From IMG/VR virus record IMGVR_UViG_3300029718_000386: a stretch of 64,000 nucleotides of DNA. One strand, 5' to 3'. The stretch is from a virus (lineage: Duplodnaviria; Heunggongvirae; Uroviricota; Caudoviricetes). The position numbers were made by a program, and so were the translations under genes. The notes under the pieces are model-generated. The model did not search any database, was not told the origin of the DNA, and saw nothing but the letters and a program-made list of their open reading frames with translations. This document shows, piece by piece, positions 57,380-64,000 of the stretch (position 1 is its first letter; each line of letters opens with the position of its first letter).

Positions 57380-57802
57380 TTAGTCGCATACTAGACACAA
57401 ATCGGAATAACCACCACGGTCGATCCAGCAATAAGAAATTCTGGTTCTACCATAATCAGTAACCATGAGATCCATCAAGCTTTCGTGATCTTCAGCGTAT
57501 TCAAACCATGAATTTTTAAAGTCTTTGTAATAATAATTCGACTTAGGATTACTGCTAAGAGTTCTAAACGAATGATTCTTTACAGCAACATCATATTCAT
57601 GTGTTCCGGCATCGATCTTACGTACAGTTACAGTCTTTTTGTAACCGTATTTCTTTGCTACTTCATTTGTGGGTTTAAGCACATTATCAACAACCCACTG
57701 CTTTTGAGCAGCCGTCAGGCTCTCTGAAGTGTCTTCCAGGACCTTCACCATCTGAATATCCGTCCAAGCTGAATATGACGATAGGTAGCCCTTTGATATC
57801 AT
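57380..57802 (-). CDS. Hypothetical protein.
   Basis: 140 aa. Terminator GACCCACCaaaGGTGGGCC at about 57335..57360. Confidence 0.35.
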   Translation of the reverse strand: MISKGYLSSYSAWTDIQMVKVLEDTSESLTAAQKQWVVDNVLKPTNEVAKKYGYKKTVTVRKIDAGTHEYDVAVKNHSFRTLSSNPKSNYYYKDFKNSWFEYAEDHESLMDLMVTDYGRTRISYCWIDRGGYSDLCLVCD

Positions 57803-58719
57803 CTCCAGGCTTTCCCCCGCCCCACACCGTGCGTGCGACTTTCACCGCACACGGCGTTCCATCAAACATTTAATTCAAGTGAAACAAGATTTATGTTTTA
57901 TATTTTTTTTGATAAAATGAATCTGTTTGACTTAGGGCCGTCCCTCCACGGTTTATTATCACCGCTTCATTGGTACCATGCCCCTACTCAGATATACCCC
58001 AAACCGTCTTTCTTCAAGTTTTGGCAACTTGTTTCCCCAACGGTTCCTGAACATCCCCATTGCAGTGGGTTCACATTTCAGTGGATACCTTTCTATACGT
58101 TCCGTTGTTATTATCTTTGCATATAGACTTAGGTCTACTCTATGAGCCAGTCAATCATTCAAAAGAACGGTCATATTTGGCTGACCGAGGATTGTCACTG
58201 TGTACATCGCTACCCATCCTCGATTGACGCTGCGTAGCAGCTCCTGCATTTCTACAGGCGGAAATATTGGCCCGTACATTCGAGTATTCGTCAGTGCGCT
58301 CAGCGCACATTCTAACCATATCTATTTTATAGACGCCCGCACTATCCTCTGCAGCCCAACGGGCCTTTCGTGCACATTTCTTGTGCGACGGCAAACTTCA
58401 TGCGACTTTTGCTGGCTTATAACCATTTGTTTCTGCAAGAACAAATCGCTATCAGCAGTATTAGCGGTCGGTTTCGAAGGACCATAACCTTCTCATTCCC
58501 GGACTCACAACAACAGTTGGGTTGATTTTTAATGGTATATTTCAAGCTTATACACAAAAAAGAAGAACAAAATCAGCACATTGCAAACAACATACAATGC
58601 TGCAATATAAGTTGCGACATTGTACATATCGCCAGTTGATTATTGTACTATCTGTGTAAAAAGAATAAAGCCCTTGAAAAATCGAATAACAAAAGCCAAC
58701 TATCGGCAACATTAAAAAA

Positions 58720-60540
58720 TCAATCCCCTGCATTTTCATCACAATTGTGACTTATAGCAGAACGTTTCACACATACGCGTTTTCCATTCCGTGTTTTATA
58801 AGAACGAACACGAGCAGTATATTCTTTACCACCCTTTAAAGAACTTGCTATAGCGGACAAATTAGATGTTGTAACAATACCAGCGGCAGAATCGTTTTTA
58901 TAATTGTATGAATAGTAATGCGAAGCATACAGATTCATCGAATAAATAACGCCATCCTTTTGCTCTTTGGTGCCAGTATATCCATCTTCACGACTATATT
59001 GCAACTGATACCCAGAAGCACCAGCAACTTTGTTCCAAGACCCCTTCAACTTTTTATACTTAGGCGCGGACAGTTTGAAACCAGTAGGAGCGGCAGCAGG
59101 CGTTACCTTCTTTGTAGTCACAGCCTTTACTGCGGACCAGTTAGAATAATAAGTCATCTTTTTCTTGCCAACTTTTACGGTCTTGTAAGTCCGAACACGT
59201 ACATAGTACTTCTTAGCACCGGAAAGGTTCTTTACAGTAGTAGAATAAGTCTTGGCCTTAGTCTTGGTATTCTTCTTGGTGATAGTCTTAGCACCCTTGA
59301 AGTTGGAAGCTGTGCTATACTGAACCTGGTAGCCGGTTACACCGCTGTTTCTATTGTAGTTGGCAGTAAATGCATACTCACCAGACTTAACAGAATTCAA
59401 CTTGACAGCCGGAACGCCCTTGGTCTTTACGGACTTAGCCTGGCACCAACCGGAATACAGATTAACCTTCTTGCCACCCTGCTTTACCGTACTGTACACT
59501 CTGGCTCGTACATAATAGGTCTTGTAATTACCAAGCTTAGAAAAAGACTTCTTGACATTCTTGTTGCCCTTAACAGTTACAGTCTTTACATTTTTCTTAA
59601 ATGCTTTATCTGTACTGTACTGGATCTGATAGCCGGTTGTCTTTTTCGTCTGCTTCTTCCATGTTACACCGAAGCCCTGCATAGAAGCGGAGACTTTCTT
59701 AATGGCCGTACCCTTCGGAACAATTGTAAAAGACTTGGAGATAGAACCGGAGTAATTGCCCTTGAAAGTAACCTTGGCGGTATACTTACCAATGTTCTTT
59801 GCATTCGGAACAGATACCGTGTAATCTCTACCGTTCTTCAACACCTTGCCCTTAGAATTCTTGACAGTAACAGACGGCTTTTGAGTCTTGCCGTTGTACA
59901 CAAAAGAGGTCTTAGAAAGGGCTACAGAGTACTTAGAAGCAGAAGCCTTTTTAATGTCGAACTCTTTGCCATAAGAACCCAGATAATTCCCCTGAAAACG
60001 AATAGTGACCTGACCCTTGCCAACATTGAGATTGTCGGAATAGGACACAGTATAATCTTTACCGTTTACAAGATAGGAACCAAGATCGGCGGAATACACT
60101 GTCACCTTCGGTTTGATCGCGCTTCCGGTATAAGCATAGGACAAATAATTACTGTGTGCTTTCCCGTCAAAGCGGACATCACTGACTGCAAATCCATCAG
60201 CCTTATTTACCGTATATGCCTTTTCGATCTCTCCAGCATAATCACCAGTAAACTGGATCTCAAGACTGTATTGACCAGCATTGGTAGCAGCTTCAGGATA
60301 TACAACCGTAAAATCCTTATCCTTTTGAAGTTCCGTCTTCGTTTCACCATCAACATACGCAACTTTTACATCAGGACAATGTGTTTTGCCATTGTAGATC
60401 TCTCGACCATTCGGGAAGTCTACTACAGTGTTTTGTTCGTTCAATTGTGTCGGTTCACTTGCATATGCAACCACAGATGATGTAATAATCATCAGCAGCG
60501 CAAGAAAAAGTGAACCGAAACGTGTTAAATGCTTTTTCAT
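58720..60540 (-). CDS. Secreted surface protein with MBG-type repeats and three FN3-like domains.
   Basis: Signal peptide MKKHLTRFGSLFLALLMIITSSVVAYA. YNGKxxxPxVxV...GKDYTVSYSDNLNVGKGQVTIRFQGNYLGS repeats. KTYYVRARVYS / KKYYVRVRTYK / KEYTARVRSYK FN3-like ends. RBS GAAAGGATG. Confidence 0.6.
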   Translation of the reverse strand: MKKHLTRFGSLFLALLMIITSSVVAYASEPTQLNEQNTVVDFPNGREIYNGKTHCPDVKVAYVDGETKTELQKDKDFTVVYPEAATNAGQYSLEIQFTGDYAGEIEKAYTVNKADGFAVSDVRFDGKAHSNYLSYAYTGSAIKPKVTVYSADLGSYLVNGKDYTVSYSDNLNVGKGQVTIRFQGNYLGSYGKEFDIKKASASKYSVALSKTSFVYNGKTQKPSVTVKNSKGKVLKNGRDYTVSVPNAKNIGKYTAKVTFKGNYSGSISKSFTIVPKGTAIKKVSASMQGFGVTWKKQTKKTTGYQIQYSTDKAFKKNVKTVTVKGNKNVKKSFSKLGNYKTYYVRARVYSTVKQGGKKVNLYSGWCQAKSVKTKGVPAVKLNSVKSGEYAFTANYNRNSGVTGYQVQYSTASNFKGAKTITKKNTKTKAKTYSTTVKNLSGAKKYYVRVRTYKTVKVGKKKMTYYSNWSAVKAVTTKKVTPAAAPTGFKLSAPKYKKLKGSWNKVAGASGYQLQYSREDGYTGTKEQKDGVIYSMNLYASHYYSYNYKNDSAAGIVTTSNLSAIASSLKGGKEYTARVRSYKTRNGKRVCVKRSAISHNCDENAGD

Positions 60541-60892
60541 TAAATTTTCATCCTTTCATAATTAATTTGAGATTTATTATAAACAACAAAGAGCCCACAC
60601 GTACACTTAAAACAAATGTATCATGTAGACTCTTTGATATTTAACAGAAATACAATTTATATAGAAGAACTATATATTAGAATTGTATCCTACATTAAAC
60701 ATTATGTCAAGGATATTTAGTTATAATGTATTTATCACCTCCAAAATCTTCTTAAAATAAAAAAAACGCCCGAAAAGGACAGTTAATTGCTAAATTATCA
60801 CATTTCTCTTTTCTTTCCGTTTTATAATAATACAATGTAAAACGAATGTCAAGAAAAAATCAGAAAAATGCGCAAAAAATCTAGGCTTTTAT

Positions 60893-60930
60893 AAAAACAA
60901 AGGCCACCGAAAAATCGGTGGCTTTTTTGT
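60893..60930. terminator. Strong bidirectional terminator.
   Basis: aaaaacaaaGGCCACCGAaaaaTCGGTGGCttttttgtg. Confidence 0.55.
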
Positions 60931-61156
60931 GTTATGCGACCATCCACGATATTTAATCCAAAATGACCGACACAAATGAGTATTTTGCTGCCTAACGACA
61001 TAGCCGGATCCGGTTCATACTCAACCGCTTGCTGACCTAGCCACACACAATTTCCAGCTAACTGTGGTGGATCACAGGCAACAGATGATTAACATCTTGT
61101 TATTATTATATCACGCATACACGAAAATGTAAAGGTATTTTTGAAAAAATAATATT

Positions 61157-62422
61157 TTAATTTAACTCTGTGTTTTCTGTCATTCTCATATAAATTGACC
61201 TATTACACAAATGGAGAAGCTCTGGATTGATGTTAATCAAAGAAATTGTTTTATTGAACTCTTCTATACCCAACTTTTCAACTATCTTTGCTATCATTTC
61301 GTCCATGAATGATGAACTGGCAATTACTATTTCATCAAAGTCAATCACGATAGGAAATTTTGTTCGTTTCATAATGTTCAGTATGTCATTTCGAATAGCT
61401 CTCCCTGATTGCCTCGTTCCAAAATCTTTCGTATTGTCAATCACTTTATAGATAATAGTGTCTAGCGCGTCTGACATCATGTTTTCAATTCGAATATCAC
61501 AATCATCGAAATCGCCAATAGTACTAAGCGCTTTTGTAATATCCGTTTTTCTGGTAAGTTCTATTTGGAAATCAACAATTGTACCACAATGTCCATCTCC
61601 CAACACTTGAACGGAACTTCCACTGTCCCACTCATTATCCTTGAACCGAAGATAAGAACGACCGGTAGAAATTGAGAACCAACCGCCATTAGCTTGAACT
61701 ATCTGAGACAATCCATACAAGCCATTTCCCTGACCTTTGCCATCACCCACACCTTCACGTATAGCCAAGTTAATTGCTTCAACTTCATTTTCTGGGTGTA
61801 AGCCGCCATCAAGAAGAGACTGATAAATGCCAATTCCACAATCATACACGCATATTGCGAGTCGTTTTCTGCTTTTGTGGTATTGGGCCATAACATACCC
61901 TCTTTTGCTATGACTGTGGATCAGTACATTATCCATAATCTCGTATATACACCAAAGTAGCCCTTTCAGCACACCGTCCTCGCACTCCACCGTCCGGCTA
62001 ATGCAATCAACAAAAGCCTGATTAATCGCAGCCGCTTGTTGACTAACATCACCATCAGCTTCATAAACGAATATTTTATTCAAAATCGATCTAGACGATG
62101 CGATCTCTTCCGGTGGCAAATTCAGTGGATTCTGAAATTCACAAAACTTCAAATAGCTATTATTTAGTATAACCACTTTTACATCAATGCCATAAATACC
62201 TGGATACTCCTGTATGATGGCACTGATTGGAACACAAGCATCTGGGAAAATATGTTCACGAGCACATAAGCACACAACCGTTATATTTTCTTCATCAATT
62301 TTTTTACAATAATTTCTTGCCATCTTCATACAGCGTATAAAATCATTAACACAACATGGATTATCCATTTTATGTATGATGACATGAGTCCCAGAAACAG
62401 ACACGTTGTTGAAATCACTCAT
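61157..62422 (-). CDS. GHKL-type ATPase (histidine-kinase-like ATP-binding domain) with a C-terminal DUF4325/STAS-like segment.
   Basis: N-box LWCIYEIMDNVLIHS. G1 VYDCGIGIYQSL. G2 GDGKGQGNGLYGL. C-terminal FPIVIDFDEIVIASSSFMDEMIAKIVEKLG. Likely start MSDFNNVSV (RBS AAGAGGAGAG). Confidence 0.5.
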   Translation of the reverse strand: MSDFNNVSVSGTHVIIHKMDNPCCVNDFIRCMKMARNYCKKIDEENITVVCLCAREHIFPDACVPISAIIQEYPGIYGIDVKVVILNNSYLKFCEFQNPLNLPPEEIASSRSILNKIFVYEADGDVSQQAAAINQAFVDCISRTVECEDGVLKGLLWCIYEIMDNVLIHSHSKRGYVMAQYHKSRKRLAICVYDCGIGIYQSLLDGGLHPENEVEAINLAIREGVGDGKGQGNGLYGLSQIVQANGGWFSISTGRSYLRFKDNEWDSGSSVQVLGDGHCGTIVDFQIELTRKTDITKALSTIGDFDDCDIRIENMMSDALDTIIYKVIDNTKDFGTRQSGRAIRNDILNIMKRTKFPIVIDFDEIVIASSSFMDEMIAKIVEKLGIEEFNKTISLININPELLHLCNRSIYMRMTENTELN

Positions 62423-62519
62423 ATTTTTCACACATCTCTCCTCTTTTACACTAAACATCACTTTAAGAATAGACTATATTTCAACAAATGTCAAGCGCAA
62501 CTTTTATTCAGATGTTTTC

Positions 62520-62954
62520 TTATATTTCAAGCTCACCATAGTACAAGGCCATGGAATCTTTGCTAACGATGTTAGGAGATTTAACACCAATTGGCATACA
62601 ACGCCAAGCGAGTCTCCAAGGATCCTCCATAACAGCTAACTGACTTAGCCACCGCGCATCCTTATCACCATAAAAATCCAACACTCTATCAATGGAGTCC
62701 TTTTGATTATCAGACAAGTAGCTTTCATTGCCGCGTTCATCAGAAGCGGATACAACAAACCTTCTTTCGTTTCTGTGAAACAGTTCAGGACACACCGGAC
62801 CGCTGGCCCAAGCCTCGAAATCCTCGTCAAATAGAGGAGCATCATCCCATACCAAAGACCAGGCCTGTGCATAATAACATAGTTTTTGTAGTTTCATGCA
62901 GGACATATCACCACACTTTTGCAGGATGTATGCCGCCACATCGAATACGCTCAA
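62520..62954 (-). CDS. Panacea-domain (DUF4065, SocA-like) protein.
   Basis: VFDVAAYILQKCGDMSCMKLQKLCYYAQAWSLVW matches the DUF4065 N-terminal signature. Probable TTG start with RBS AAGGTGG. Confidence 0.55.
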   Translation of the reverse strand: MSVFDVAAYILQKCGDMSCMKLQKLCYYAQAWSLVWDDAPLFDEDFEAWASGPVCPELFHRNERRFVVSASDERGNESYLSDNQKDSIDRVLDFYGDKDARWLSQLAVMEDPWRLAWRCMPIGVKSPNIVSKDSMALYYGELEI

Positions 62955-63067
62955 CTTCAATCGCCACCTTATATTCTCATGCTTATTAATACTACAATTC
63001 CAGAAAAAGAGAAAAACCAACACACAAAAAAACCACCGAATTCTCGGTGGTTTCTGTATATTCTCTG

Positions 63068-63514
63068 TTATTTCTCTTCTGTCTCTAAATTGACAACCAT
63101 CTTCTGCAACACAGATATTAGCGCATCTTTTTCTCCTGCGTCGATTCCGACAAGAAGCGTATTAGAGAAATTATTTGTAGCTTTGACAGCAGCCTTGGCA
63201 ACATTGTTTGCCTTTTCAGTCAGCGCAACGCAAACTGCGCGCCGGTCCACTACATTGCGTTCCACGCTCACCAAGCCTTTTACTCTTAGGCTTTCTACAT
63301 TGCGGCTGATCATACCCTTCGAATAGTGAACACTCTCACTAATGTGCTTAACCGACAAAGGCTTTCCTTGCTGCATTAAGCAAGACAGGATATCCAACTC
63401 GCAAGTTGTGACACCATACTCTGCAGCAACCTGTTTTGTTGCGTCCGAATACGCATTCATAATTAAGCTTGCTGCAGCGAATAATTCGCCATTGTATTTT
63501 TTAGCCATAATACA
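63068..63514 (-). CDS. MarR-family transcriptional regulator.
   Basis: Winged-helix segment LDILSCLMQQGKPLSVKHISESVHYSKGMISRNVESLRVKGLVSVERNVVDRRAV. Confidence 0.7.
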   Translation of the reverse strand, partial: CIMAKKYNGELFAAASLIMNAYSDATKQVAAEYGVTTCELDILSCLMQQGKPLSVKHISESVHYSKGMISRNVESLRVKGLVSVERNVVDRRAVCVALTEKANNVAKAAVKATNNFSNTLLVGIDAGEKDALISVLQKMVVNLETEEK

Positions 63515-63634
63515 AGTCCTTTCTGATGTATCACGCTCTCCTCGTCCAACATCATAAAACACAATAATAAATTTGTCAATGAAAAATATGCGGCAAAGAA
63601 AAAAAGACCGACGAAAAGTCGGTCTTAAATAATG

Positions 63635-63877
63635 TTAGGTCTGTGCTTTGTCAAAGCGATCTTTGGCACTCTTAAGAATGCCTCCGCCATCTTCGCTTTC
63701 GCCATCCCCCATTGACTTCATAATAATCGCAACGACGGCAAAAGCAATCACAGCCGCCACGAATAGAATGAGCACCAATTCGGTGGTTTGTACGATAGCG
63801 GTTTTATTCAGTACAGCAGCCTTCAGATTGGCGTATTTACGCAAATAATACTCTTTCAAGGTTACACCTCCAGACAA
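63635..63877 (-). CDS. Small membrane protein.
   Basis: 80 aa. TM LVLILFVAAVIAFAVVAIIM. Confidence 0.35.
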   Translation of the reverse strand: MSGGVTLKEYYLRKYANLKAAVLNKTAIVQTTELVLILFVAAVIAFAVVAIIMKSMGDGESEDGGGILKSAKDRFDKAQT

Positions 63878-63942
63878 AAGAAAATAGCCATCAGGACGAA
63901 TCCCAACGGCTATTTTAAAATTATAATGGAGTGAATGCTCGA

Positions 63943-64000
63943 TTAAGCCTTAGCCAGATCGGCGTCAGCCTTACCCTGAACCTTGTCCATCACACCACCG
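63943..64000 (-). CDS. C-terminal end of a CsbD-like small protein (partial, runs off the window).
   Basis: The reverse-strand translation ends ...GGVMDKVQGKADADLAKA*, resembling CsbD-family KxKGxxGD repeats. Confidence 0.3.
   Translation of the reverse strand, partial: GGVMDKVQGKADADLAKA

Noticed and set aside
58918-60480. 520-aa plus-strand ORF
   Set aside because: Lies entirely antisense within the minus-strand surface-protein gene 58720..60540. Its translation is low-complexity (L/I/S/R-rich). It is a typical shadow ORF of a K/T/V-rich repeat gene.
1-64000. CRISPR arrays / rRNA genes
   Set aside because: No short regularly spaced direct repeats and no 16S/23S/5S-like segments were seen on scanning both strands. 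The IscB element here is CRISPR-less, as expected.

Overview
This 64-kb window is about 42% GC by eye. Essentially every convincing gene is on the minus strand, and it reads like an accessory or mobile region of a Firmicutes (Clostridia-like) genome. From left to right it contains:

- **Conjugation-like genes:** T4SS-like VirB6/TrbL-like and VirB2-like pilin membrane proteins.
- **Replication/partition-like block:** MoxR AAA+/vWA-HExxH pair, SSB, Toprim/DUF3991 primase-like, RecD-like helicase, topoisomerase III, ECF sigma/anti-sigma.
- **IS605 element:** a tnpB-only element whose TnpB has a degenerate RuvC-II/Zn-finger.
- **tRNA super-array:** about 6 kb, 28 minus-strand tRNAs covering all 20 amino acids. 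It is interrupted by an intact IscB (OMEGA) nuclease gene immediately preceded by a roughly 306-nt structured RNA (candidate omega-RNA), and by an RNase-H-fold ORF.
- **Orphan RNA copy:** a second, about 95% identical copy of that RNA with compensatory stem changes sits 23 kb away without any iscB.
- **Further right:** HNH endonuclease, signal peptidase I, SPFH/NfeD, secreted thermonuclease, a Tad-like prepilin-peptidase/pseudopilin module, YidC-like insertase, a 3,358-aa surface protein with Listeria-Bacteroides-type repeats and many CxxC modules, and MBG/FN3 surface proteins.
- **Candidate defense/TA island:** a caspase-like protease plus a TIR-like protein, a Panacea (DUF4065) gene next to a GHKL ATPase/DUF4325 gene, and MarR.

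A conserved extended -10 motif (TGTTATAAT on the coding strand) recurs upstream of many operons. No CRISPR array or rRNA was seen.
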